DNA from: a virus
Taxonomy: Duplodnaviria; Caudoviricetes
Strand: one strand, 5' to 3'
Length of the DNA: 35,407 nt
IMG/VR virus record: IMGVR_UViG_3300031820_000096
Location: 1 to 35,407 of that record
Under the pieces are notes generated by a model. It ran no database searches, was not told where the DNA came from, and was given only the letters and a program-made list of their open reading frames with translations. This document shows, one piece after another, positions 24,781 through 32,909 of this stretch (positions within the stretch are counted from its first letter, which is position 1; the number at the start of each line of letters is the position of its first letter). Position numbers and translations under genes: made by a program.

Positions 24781-27141
24781 ATGGCCGAGACGACCGCTGC
24801 CGACAAGGCCAAACGCCGGGCGACCTTCGCCGCGCTCGCCGCCGACCCCTCGTTGCCGGAGGAGTCCCGGCGCATCTACCGTGAGCAGGCCGGGACCGCC
24901 TCCGCCGTCCGGGCCTTCCAGCAGGGGCAAGCCGAGCCCGAGACGCCCCAGGCCCGCGTCCGCAGCACGACCTCGCGCGTCACCGCCGAAGCCCGCCGCT
25001 CGCCGTTCGCGCTGCCGGACAAGTCGCGCATCGACGAGTCGCAGCAGGGCGTGACGATCAGCGAGCGGCTCCTCCTGAAGAACCTCGCGACCAACCCCGA
25101 GGTCGCCGCCAACTGGCTGCGCGCGAAGGGCTACGAGGCATACCTCTACGAACCCGGCCAGGCGGGGACGGAGGCGGCAGGCGGCCCAGTGGCATCCAAG
25201 ATGCGTATCGCCGTCCGCAAGCCGGGCGAGCAGGACTTCAAGGTCGTCGATCCGGCGGGCTTCGACGCCCAGGACATCACCGACCTCTTCGGCGACCTCA
25301 TCTTCGGCGCGGCGGTGCCCGCAGCGGCAGCGGCCGGATTCACCCTCGCCGGGCCGCCGGGGGCCGTCGGCGGCGGGGCGTTGGCCGGGGGGGTGCTGGA
25401 GGAAGGCCGCCAGGCGCTCGGCCGGGGCGTCACCAGCCTCTTCGGCCAGCCGCCGCTGAACCCCCCCGGAACCGGCGACGAGGAGATCGGCGCCCAGATG
25501 ATCGGCGGGGGGCTCGCGGCGCCGATGGGCGAGGCGACGGGCTTTCTTGGCCGGACGGCGACGAAGGCGGTCGGCGCGGTCGGCGAGGCCGCCAAGCGCG
25601 TCGCGGGCGGCACCCTCGCCGGTCTGACCCGCGTGTCGCGCGAGCAACTCGCCCATGCGGTCGAGCAGGGCGCAGTCATCCTTCAGCCGCTCGTCGGCGA
25701 CCGTGCCAAGATGCTGGCGTCATCGCTCGCCCAGCGGACGATGCAGTTTCTCACCGGGCTCGACGAGTCGCGCACCGGCGAGTATCAGGCGGCCCAGGGG
25801 CTCCTGAAGTCGGCAGGCGGCGGCCAGGTGCGCGTCCGGCCCGTTCTAGAGGCCATCCGCAACGAGATCACCTCGCCCTTCCATGAGGTGCCGATCCCGC
25901 CGGAGAAGTTTATGGGGATTCCGGTCTCCGGGCCGTCAGCGCCGATCCTCCGGCCCCGTGCGACGACAGCGGGGCGCGTCCCGGCCACGGCAGGCCGCTT
26001 CGGTCTCGCCTCCGCCGAGAACGACCGGGTGCGCCAGATACTCGTCGAGGAAGCGTCGAACATCGCCAAGAACGCCGGGGCCGACTCCGTCGAAGAGGCG
26101 ATCCACCGCGACCTGACCATCCCCGCCGAGATGGCCGACGCGCTCAAGCGGACCTATGCCGAGGCCGCGAACTACTCCGCCGAGGCGCTCAACCGCGACA
26201 CGGCGAAGGAGGCAGCGCACAAGACCCTGGCCGATGGCCTGCGCCGGGCGATCCGGGAGTCGATCCCCGATCCCGCCGCCCGCGAGCAGTACGGTACGCT
26301 GATGACCCAGGCGGGCAAGAAACTCGGGCTCGCCAAGGAGTTCCAGAAGGCGCTGGTCGCCAAGGGCGCCGAGGAGATCGCCCCGGAGGAGGGCGCCGCC
26401 GAGGAGATCGTCCAGGCCGCCAACCGCCCGGAGCAGTTCTTCCGCACCTATCTCAACCGGGGGGCGCGCTCCGGCCAGCAGGGCCTCGTCCGGGAGTTCG
26501 GCCGCCTCTGGGCGCCGGAACTTCAGCAGGCGGGGATCGCCGACTTGGAGACCGCGGCGCGCGACGCCTCGACGCTGGCGGCTTATGGCGCCGAGGGGTC
26601 CGATGTCTTCGGCGGGACGAAGGGGATCTACCTCGGCGCGCCGACGCTCTCGTTCGGCGGCCGTCCGATGGGCATGGCGCTGGGTGCCGGGCTGGGGTTC
26701 GGCAGCGGCTATCTCGCGGGCGGCCTCCCTGGCGCTGAGAAGGGCGCCCTCATCGGTGGCGGGCTGGGCTTCTACGCCGGGTCGCCGCGCGGCTCCATCC
26801 AGACGATGCGGGCGATCAAGGCGGGCGTCAACAAGGCGGCGGAGTTCGGCAGCCTCCCGGGCGAGATCGCGGCGTCGAAGCCGGTAATGTTCGGGGCGGG
26901 CGGGGCTGGGGCGCAGGCAACCGCTGAGACCGGGGCCGCCGCGGGCCGCCAGGAAGCCGAAGCCACCCGCCGCCAGCAGACCGACGACGAGACCATGCGC
27001 GCCCTCTCCGACATCGCCAGCGAGGTTCGCAAGATGGCGGCGGCGAACCCGGCGCTGACCGCAGAGCAGATGTCCGACGAGTTCAGCAAGCGCGCCAACG
27101 ACTACCTCACGAAACGGAAGTTGGTGATGGCCTCACCGTAG
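24781..27141 (+). CDS. Large internal virion / ejection protein
   Basis: 786 aa, Ala/Gly-rich with glycine-zipper hydrophobic segments; last gene of the structural operon. Confidence 0.7.
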   Translation: MAETTAADKAKRRATFAALAADPSLPEESRRIYREQAGTASAVRAFQQGQAEPETPQARVRSTTSRVTAEARRSPFALPDKSRIDESQQGVTISERLLLKNLATNPEVAANWLRAKGYEAYLYEPGQAGTEAAGGPVASKMRIAVRKPGEQDFKVVDPAGFDAQDITDLFGDLIFGAAVPAAAAAGFTLAGPPGAVGGGALAGGVLEEGRQALGRGVTSLFGQPPLNPPGTGDEEIGAQMIGGGLAAPMGEATGFLGRTATKAVGAVGEAAKRVAGGTLAGLTRVSREQLAHAVEQGAVILQPLVGDRAKMLASSLAQRTMQFLTGLDESRTGEYQAAQGLLKSAGGGQVRVRPVLEAIRNEITSPFHEVPIPPEKFMGIPVSGPSAPILRPRATTAGRVPATAGRFGLASAENDRVRQILVEEASNIAKNAGADSVEEAIHRDLTIPAEMADALKRTYAEAANYSAEALNRDTAKEAAHKTLADGLRRAIRESIPDPAAREQYGTLMTQAGKKLGLAKEFQKALVAKGAEEIAPEEGAAEEIVQAANRPEQFFRTYLNRGARSGQQGLVREFGRLWAPELQQAGIADLETAARDASTLAAYGAEGSDVFGGTKGIYLGAPTLSFGGRPMGMALGAGLGFGSGYLAGGLPGAEKGALIGGGLGFYAGSPRGSIQTMRAIKAGVNKAAEFGSLPGEIAASKPVMFGAGGAGAQATAETGAAAGRQEAEATRRQQTDDETMRALSDIASEVRKMAAANPALTAEQMSDEFSKRANDYLTKRKLVMASP

Positions 27142-27595
27142 CCGCTACGCCCTCCGCCCGCACGACCGCGATGAACACGTCCATCCGCGGGCTCGACGGC
27201 GTCACCCCCGGTGGCGGCTCGAACGCGACGCGGCGTCGCAGCCACCTGAACTCCACCCGCCCCGCCCGCTCGCCGTCCCGCAGCATCTCGAACCAGGCCG
27301 CCCGCGTCCGCACCGGCAGAATGAAGACCCACAGCGCCGAGCCGCGCAACGCCCGGCGGATGAACGGCTCGATGTTGCTGTAGGACGGGTTGCAGAAGAA
27401 GCGGCTGCCGCCCGGCGGGTCGAGGTGCAGCGGGTAGTTCTCGACCCGCTCGATGAAGGCCGGGCAGAGCGCGTTTCCGGCGTCGGCCGCCGCGTCGCAG
27501 TCGAAGGCGAACTCGGCGTCGAGTGCCTGGAAGAGCCAGCGGGGCGTCCGCCAGTCGTCGGACTGCGCGGTCGCGGCGTTGTATCCGGGGTTCAT
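27107..27595 (-). CDS. Phage DNA N6-adenine methyltransferase (T1/HP1 Dam-like)
   Basis: DDWRTP, FDCDAAA, FCNPSY, LPVRT...WF and RVAF motifs. Confidence 0.85.
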   Translation of the reverse strand: MNPGYNAATAQSDDWRTPRWLFQALDAEFAFDCDAAADAGNALCPAFIERVENYPLHLDPPGGSRFFCNPSYSNIEPFIRRALRGSALWVFILPVRTRAAWFEMLRDGERAGRVEFRWLRRRVAFEPPPGVTPSSPRMDVFIAVVRAEGVAATVRPSPTSVS

Positions 27596-28800
27596 GGACC
27601 GCTCCCGTTGCTGCCCTTCGCCGCGACGAGCCGCACCAGCCCAGCCTCCCGCGTGACATAGCCGTCCTGCACCAGTCCCTCCTTTGCGAGCCAGACAACC
27701 TTCGCCGGGACCCCCGCCGCCTCGCCGACCTGCTTGTCGAGCAGCCGTTCATCGAGGCTGCCGCCCGCCGACTCCAGCACCCGCAGTACCGTCGCCCGCA
27801 GCCGGGCATACTGCGTCGGGACGAGGCTGCGATACGCCTGAAACATCGGTGGCAGCAGCGCCTCGACGAGCGCGGTCGCCGTCCGCAGCGGCACCTCCCG
27901 CAGCGTCTCCGGGCCATGACCCTCCAGCAGATTCACGACCGCCCCGATCTTCAGCGCGTGGGCCTGCATACACGACGCGAAGTGGCCCTCCTTCTGCCCC
28001 GCCTCCCGCCAGATGCGGTCCACGGTCGTCATGTACCAGCCCTCGAACCAGGTCCCGGCGGCGTCGTCGAGGCGCATTCGGGTCGCGCCGAACGCGCCCG
28101 GACCCAGCCGCTCCCCCATGACCGTCGCCAGCGCCCGGAGCAGGACGCCATCGAGCGGCGGCCGGGCATTGCGGTGCTTCGGCCCGTATTCGACGACGAG
28201 GAGCAGGCGGCGCAGGAAGCCCCCGGCAAGCGTCCGGGGATCGGTCGTCTCCAGCCAGTCGGGCGCCGAGGCGGCGACCATGCAGATGTAGGGATTGATG
28301 ATCTCCTCGTAGTCGTGCGCCTGCGTCCGCCGCGTATAGGGCGAGTGGCAGTCCCAGATGTCCGTCAGGAACTTCGAGTTTGCCGCCCGGTACTCCGCGC
28401 CGCCGATGAGGTCGGAGAGTTCGTGGCTGACGATCAGCCCCGCGCCCTTGCCCGACACCGCGCTGGTCTCGGCGAGGTACGAGATCAGCCCCTCGGCCGT
28501 GAACGACATCGGCAGCACCGGGGCCTCCGGGACCGCGAGATGCAGCAGCCGCGTCGCCTCCTCGATGGCGCCGGTCTTGCGGGCGCCGGACGGGCCGTAG
28601 AGGACCGTGTAGATGTTCGTGAAGCAGGCGGGGCGGCTGTCGGGGTTGACCAGGATGCGGCCGTTGACGGCGGTGGCGGCGGCGGCGAGGAGGGCATAGA
28701 GGAAGTAGGAGTCCGGGCTCTCCAGCGGCCGGACGTACTCCAGCCAGCGCGCCATGAAGCCCGTCGGCGGCAGACAGGCACGGACGTCAATGGTGGGCAT
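27592..28800 (-). CDS. DUF3987/YfjI-like P-loop NTPase (putative replicative helicase)
   Basis: Walker A GPSGARKT, TAEGLI, LTDIWDC, GGFLRRLLLV; GGGAGG RBS before ATG 28800. Confidence 0.75.
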   Translation of the reverse strand: MPTIDVRACLPPTGFMARWLEYVRPLESPDSYFLYALLAAAATAVNGRILVNPDSRPACFTNIYTVLYGPSGARKTGAIEEATRLLHLAVPEAPVLPMSFTAEGLISYLAETSAVSGKGAGLIVSHELSDLIGGAEYRAANSKFLTDIWDCHSPYTRRTQAHDYEEIINPYICMVAASAPDWLETTDPRTLAGGFLRRLLLVVEYGPKHRNARPPLDGVLLRALATVMGERLGPGAFGATRMRLDDAAGTWFEGWYMTTVDRIWREAGQKEGHFASCMQAHALKIGAVVNLLEGHGPETLREVPLRTATALVEALLPPMFQAYRSLVPTQYARLRATVLRVLESAGGSLDERLLDKQVGEAAGVPAKVVWLAKEGLVQDGYVTREAGLVRLVAAKGSNGSGP

Positions 28801-28957
28801 CGCGCCTCCCTCGCCGCTGCCGCCCGCTTCCGCCGCAGCCACCGCAGATCACCCGCATCCCCCAGAGGCGTCGCGGCACGTCGCAGCGCCGCCGAGGCAG
28901 CCAGCCGCGCCCACCGCAGCCACCGCAAGGCTGCGCCGCCGAGCCCCGTTGCTTCAT
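28787..28957 (-). CDS. 56-aa protein with two DnaJ-type CxxCxGxG motifs
   Basis: MKQRGSAAQPCGGCGGRGW...VICGGCGGSGR; ATGA overlap with the upstream ORF; absent from the supplied track. Confidence 0.6.
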   Translation of the reverse strand: MKQRGSAAQPCGGCGGRGWLPRRRCDVPRRLWGMRVICGGCGGSGRQRRGRRDAHH

Positions 28958-29301
28958 GCGACGCATCGTCCCTTGGCATCCACCCGGTCGGCGCGCGTCT
29001 TCGGCAGCGGCGGCTCGCAGTTGGCACGATGGCGTTCGGCGCCACCCTTCGGCCAGTAGATGACGGCGGCGCAGGCTTGGCAGACGGCCGCCACCGCCGC
29101 GAACCCAAGCGGCTGCCCCGAGTCGAACTGCAAGTCGGCGAGCCGGGTGAGATCGTCGGGGGTGACGATGTAGAGAGGCGGCTGCGTCGTGTAGAAGGTC
29201 GGTGACGTCGTCTGTGGGTTCGACGACGTCGGCACATACATCCCCGGCGTCGCGGGCCAGGGGGAGGGGGTAGCGTTCGTCCCCGCCGTCGGCCCCAGCA
29301 T
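28954..29301 (-). CDS. Hypothetical protein (Pro/Thr-rich N-terminus, CxxC...HxxxC)
   Basis: Fills the gap after polA; start uncertain. Confidence 0.5.
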   Translation of the reverse strand: MLGPTAGTNATPSPWPATPGMYVPTSSNPQTTSPTFYTTQPPLYIVTPDDLTRLADLQFDSGQPLGFAAVAAVCQACAAVIYWPKGGAERHRANCEPPLPKTRADRVDAKGRCVA

Positions 29302-29306
29302 CCCCG

Positions 29307-31706
29307 TCAGGCCGCCGAGGGCTCCGCCGAGGAAGCCGCCGTACTGGCGGAGGGCGTCACTCCCCGCAGCCCCTCCCGATTCTCCAGCATCGGGCACGGG
29401 TCCGGGCACGCCTTCGGGTCCGGCGGCTGCCTGTGCCGGTGTTCCTTCCCCCAGTTGTTCCCAACGGAGAAGTCCACCGGGCAGGTGAAGTTTCCGAGCC
29501 CACTGAGCCATATCTCCCTCCACGGGCGCTCCATGATCGCCCTTGCTTGCTGCACCAGGAGCGCCACCTCGCTTCGGTGGCACTCCCACAGGAATGAGTC
29601 GTGTGTCGTCGTCACCAGGGTCGCCGTCGTCAGGGCGCCGATGCCTTCCAGCGCCGGAAGCACCGCCTTGCACATGTCGCCGACCGCCGACTGCGGCAGG
29701 AAGGCCAGCGCCTCTTCCCGGTCGAGGAGCCGCCGCTGGCCGGTCGCCGGGTCCCGTCGGAACCGATGGAAGCGCAGGAGCCGCCCGAACGGATTCCGCA
29801 GGGAACCGTAATGCTCGACCGCCGCTACCGTCGCCTCCTGGAACCGCCGCAGCCCGGGCCAGCGCCGGAAGTAGGCGTCGATCAGCGCCGCCGCCTCCGT
29901 GACCTTGATGCCATACATGCGGGCGGTCTTCTGCGCCCCCAGCCCGTAGTCCCAGCCGTGGGTCGCCCGCTTGGCCGCCCAGCGCGCCTGCACCATCTGG
30001 CCGCCGAAGCGGACGAGGTGCGTGCGGGCCGCTTCCGGCGCACAGCCGAAGAGAGCAGCGGCGTTCAGCGCATGGAGATCCTCCCCGGCGGCGAAGGCGG
30101 CGATCATCGTCCGCTCGTCGGCCAGCCATGCCATGACCCGGGCCTCGATCTGGCTCCAGTCGCCCTGCACGAACACGAAGTCGGGGCGCAGCGGGCGGTA
30201 GATGATCCGGTCGCGGTCAGGAATATTCTGCGCGTTCCCCGGCGACCAGCGTGGCTTGTCGGCCTCGGCGTCGTCGCTGCCGCTGGCGATGCGCCCGGTC
30301 TCCGTGCGGTGCATCGAATAGGCGAAGTGAACCCGGCCGTCGTCCCCCGCCTTCACCCCGAGCACGTTCGAGAGGCGGCGCTGGGCGTGCTGGATCGCCA
30401 CCCGCTGTTTCAGGATGCCGACGCCCGGATGCCGCCGCGCCAGGGTCTCGATGGCGTCGGCGTCCACCTTGGCGAGATGACGCTTCCCGGTGTAGGCGGT
30501 CGGCTTGAGCCCCAGGCCCGTCACCCCGTCAAACAGCAGCCAGCGCCAGGAGTCGTCGCTCTCGCTGTCGAAGGCGTCGCCCAGCCGCCGCAGCAGCACC
30601 CGGCCGTCGGCGGCGAGTTCGCGCTTGGCACGCAGCCCCGCCCGCCACGGCGCGGCCTCGGCATAAACCCGGGCGCACTCGGAGCACTTTGCCCGCTTCG
30701 TCTGGCCGCAGTAGTCGGGATGCTCCGGGCAAATCAGCGTCGGGCAGGTGCGCTCGCCCTGGTCGATCTCGGCGTCGAGGGCGGCCAACTTGAGCCGGAT
30801 CGACTCCAGCCGCCGCCGATGCGCCGCGTCCGCCGCCGCCGCGACCTCCGCCCGCCAGCCCGCGACTTCTATCTCCGTCGCCGCCCGCAACTCCCGCCGC
30901 TTCGGCTCGTCGAGGGGGATGCCGGTCTCTTCGAGGCGAATCAACACCGGGGCCGCCGGGGCGACGGTCTCTTCGAGAAGCGGCAGCATCCCTTCCCGGG
31001 ACAGGATCGTCCGCAGCGCCGCCCAGAGACGCCAGGTGAAGACGCAGTCTAGCCCACAGTAGAGTAGAGGGTGCTGCCAGTCGGCGGCCCCTGGGAACAG
31101 CCGCCGGTAGAGCGCCTTGGCTTCCGGGGTCTCCGGCTGCTTCCAGTAGGGGATGCCGTCGGCGATGCGCGTGACGCACAGCGGCAGCCGCAGCCAGGGG
31201 CGGTCCTTCACCTCGGCGAAGGGAGGCCAGGCGAGCGCCGCGGCCTGGATGGTGTCCACGACCGGCCACGCAACGTCGAGCCCGGCGGCGTGAAACGCCT
31301 TGGTGTCGTAGGCGAAGTTGTGGCCGACCTTGACCTTTGCCGGGTCGCCGAGAATCTCCCCGACGAACGCCGCGACCGGCTCGCTCCAGGGCCAGACGAG
31401 CGCCTGCCGGTCGCCGTAGCCGATGCCGACGATGGTGATCGTCGTCGGCTGGTCCTTGGGCGTCTCGACGTCGATGGCGACGACCGGGGCGTCGCGCAGC
31501 AGTCGGGCGGCGTCGTCGAGCGACGGGTCAACGCGAATGTCGTAGTCCCTGGCCGGGGCGGTGCCGAGCCCGGCCCAGCGCAAGGCTCGGGCCATGCTCG
31601 TCGCGATCAGGGGGAGGAATTGGGGGGAGCCAGACCTCAGCGAAAATGCGGGGTGCAGCGAAACGCCGACAGCCGAAACTCTGGGAGGGAGGGTCAGACC
31701 CGTCAT
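29307..31706 (-). CDS. polA: Family A DNA polymerase with 3'-5' exonuclease, preceded by the C-terminal fragment of a UDG domain
   Basis: Exo I AIDVET, Exo II GHNFAYD, Exo III YCGLD; motif A GDWSQIEAR, B RWAAKRATHGWDYG, C THDS; N-terminal SLHPAFSLR; start ATG 31706 or 31718. Confidence 0.93.
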   Translation of the reverse strand: MTGLTLPPRVSAVGVSLHPAFSLRSGSPQFLPLIATSMARALRWAGLGTAPARDYDIRVDPSLDDAARLLRDAPVVAIDVETPKDQPTTITIVGIGYGDRQALVWPWSEPVAAFVGEILGDPAKVKVGHNFAYDTKAFHAAGLDVAWPVVDTIQAAALAWPPFAEVKDRPWLRLPLCVTRIADGIPYWKQPETPEAKALYRRLFPGAADWQHPLLYCGLDCVFTWRLWAALRTILSREGMLPLLEETVAPAAPVLIRLEETGIPLDEPKRRELRAATEIEVAGWRAEVAAAADAAHRRRLESIRLKLAALDAEIDQGERTCPTLICPEHPDYCGQTKRAKCSECARVYAEAAPWRAGLRAKRELAADGRVLLRRLGDAFDSESDDSWRWLLFDGVTGLGLKPTAYTGKRHLAKVDADAIETLARRHPGVGILKQRVAIQHAQRRLSNVLGVKAGDDGRVHFAYSMHRTETGRIASGSDDAEADKPRWSPGNAQNIPDRDRIIYRPLRPDFVFVQGDWSQIEARVMAWLADERTMIAAFAAGEDLHALNAAALFGCAPEAARTHLVRFGGQMVQARWAAKRATHGWDYGLGAQKTARMYGIKVTEAAALIDAYFRRWPGLRRFQEATVAAVEHYGSLRNPFGRLLRFHRFRRDPATGQRRLLDREEALAFLPQSAVGDMCKAVLPALEGIGALTTATLVTTTHDSFLWECHRSEVALLVQQARAIMERPWREIWLSGLGNFTCPVDFSVGNNWGKEHRHRQPPDPKACPDPCPMLENREGLRGVTPSASTAASSAEPSAA

Positions 31707-31745
31707 CGCCCCGTCCATGTCATCGAGCAGGTTCCCGCTGCCGGG

Positions 31746-31774
31746 AAGGTACGCCCGGGCGGCGGCGGTGTCAA
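31746..31774 (-). promoter_or_regulatory. sigma70-type promoter directly upstream of polA
   Basis: TTGACA (31774-31769) - 17 nt - TACCTT (31751-31746). Confidence 0.7.
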
Positions 31775-31782
31775 GGGGTGTA

Positions 31783-31902
31783 CTACGGGCGAACGAGCGC
31801 GCGCAGCAGGCCCCAGGCGCTCCATAGGAGAAATGCGCCGAACGCGGCCGTGAGCAGCGCCACGGCGACTTCTCCGAGGATCTCCTCCAGTCTATTCTGC
31901 AC
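31783..31902 (-). CDS. 39-aa single-pass membrane protein
   Basis: GAGGAGG RBS, GTG start; MQNRLEEILGEVAVALLTAAFGAFLLWSAWGLLRALVRP; absent from the supplied track. Confidence 0.6.
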   Translation of the reverse strand: MQNRLEEILGEVAVALLTAAFGAFLLWSAWGLLRALVRP

Positions 31903-32452
31903 CGGATACCTCCTCGCCCGCCGCGTGCGCCTCCCGCATCGCGTCGGCTTCGGCCCGGGTGAACACGCTGCCGTGGGCCTCCATGATCGATACGACGCCC
32001 GCCACGACCTCGGCGGCGTCGGCGCCGACGGCCTGGACGAACAGCGCCGCCGTCAGCCGGTCCAACTCGGGCTGGAGATAGGCGGCGCCACAGTGGGCTA
32101 TCGAGGCCGCGCGCACCTCCGGCGTCTCCTCGGCGGGCGGCAGGCACTTGCGGACGTTGGTGATGAAGGCGTCGGCGCCCTGCTGCGGCCCGAGGCCGCG
32201 GCGCACGATCCGCCCGCTCGGCCCGATGAAGGGCGTCGGCGGGTCGGCGGCGATCTCCTCGCGCCCGGGCGCCTCGCCGACGACGACAAGGCGGGCGTCG
32301 AACGGGCCGCAGCCAGGGACGAAGCCGCGGCGGGTCGGCGCGAGCGGGCAGCCGGGGCAGCGGTCAGGCAGAAGTGGCACGAAGGCGACTGGCGTAACGG
32401 CGGCGCGCAGCCCACGCACCAATGCCGGATCGAGGTCAGCGTCCGTCAGCAT
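31892..32452 (-). CDS. Family-4 uracil-DNA glycosylase, N-terminal portion only
   Basis: CPGC, GEAPG, FIGPSG, TNVRKC, HC (four Fe-S-type Cys); ends after SIMEAHGSVF with no HPA motif. Confidence 0.85.
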   Translation of the reverse strand: MLTDADLDPALVRGLRAAVTPVAFVPLLPDRCPGCPLAPTRRGFVPGCGPFDARLVVVGEAPGREEIAADPPTPFIGPSGRIVRRGLGPQQGADAFITNVRKCLPPAEETPEVRAASIAHCGAAYLQPELDRLTAALFVQAVGADAAEVVAGVVSIMEAHGSVFTRAEADAMREAHAAGEEVSGAE

Positions 32453-32909
32453 TGTCCTTCTCCTCTGGGTCATGGCATAGGCGGGCCTTTCGCCGTGCAT
32501 GGAACGCGAGAAACTGTGCCCGCCGACACTTCCGGCAGCCACGTCCGTAATAGTCCTTGCGCCAGTAAGTATTCGTGGCATCGTACGGGTGCCCACGCGG
32601 ACATGCTTTCCGTGTGGCCGGTTCGCCGCGCCGTGTGTTGATGGCGTGCGGCACGGCTTCGAGATGGCGTGGGTTCACGCAGCGCCGCACACGGCAGAGG
32701 TGGTCAAGTTCCAACCCCGCCGGGATCGGCCCATTGAACACCTCATAGGAGCGACGATGCCCGTAGGTGCAGCGTCCCGTCTGGCTGTAACCGAGTCGCT
32801 TGTTGTAGTAGCCCGTCCAGAACCAGCAGGGATCGGCCTGTCGTGTGTCGAGCACGACCTTGCCGAACAGCCATTCTACAGACGCGCTATCCCCTCTAGT
32901 TTGTCGCAC
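32436..32909 (-). CDS. HNH homing endonuclease with C-terminal Cys/His domain
   Basis: CWFWTG, HRRSYE, LDHLCRVRRCVNPRHLE, CPRGH...CRKC; probable GTG start at 32909. Confidence 0.85.
   Translation of the reverse strand: MRQTRGDSASVEWLFGKVVLDTRQADPCWFWTGYYNKRLGYSQTGRCTYGHRRSYEVFNGPIPAGLELDHLCRVRRCVNPRHLEAVPHAINTRRGEPATRKACPRGHPYDATNTYWRKDYYGRGCRKCRRAQFLAFHARRKARLCHDPEEKDNADGR

Noticed and set aside
31719-32147. 946-aa PolA starting at 32147 as given in the ORF track
   Set aside because: The extension is non-homologous Arg/Gly-rich sequence overlapping the UDG ORF, the membrane ORF and a promoter; the real start is 31718 or 31706. A -1 frameshift into this open frame cannot be fully excluded, but I saw no slippery site.
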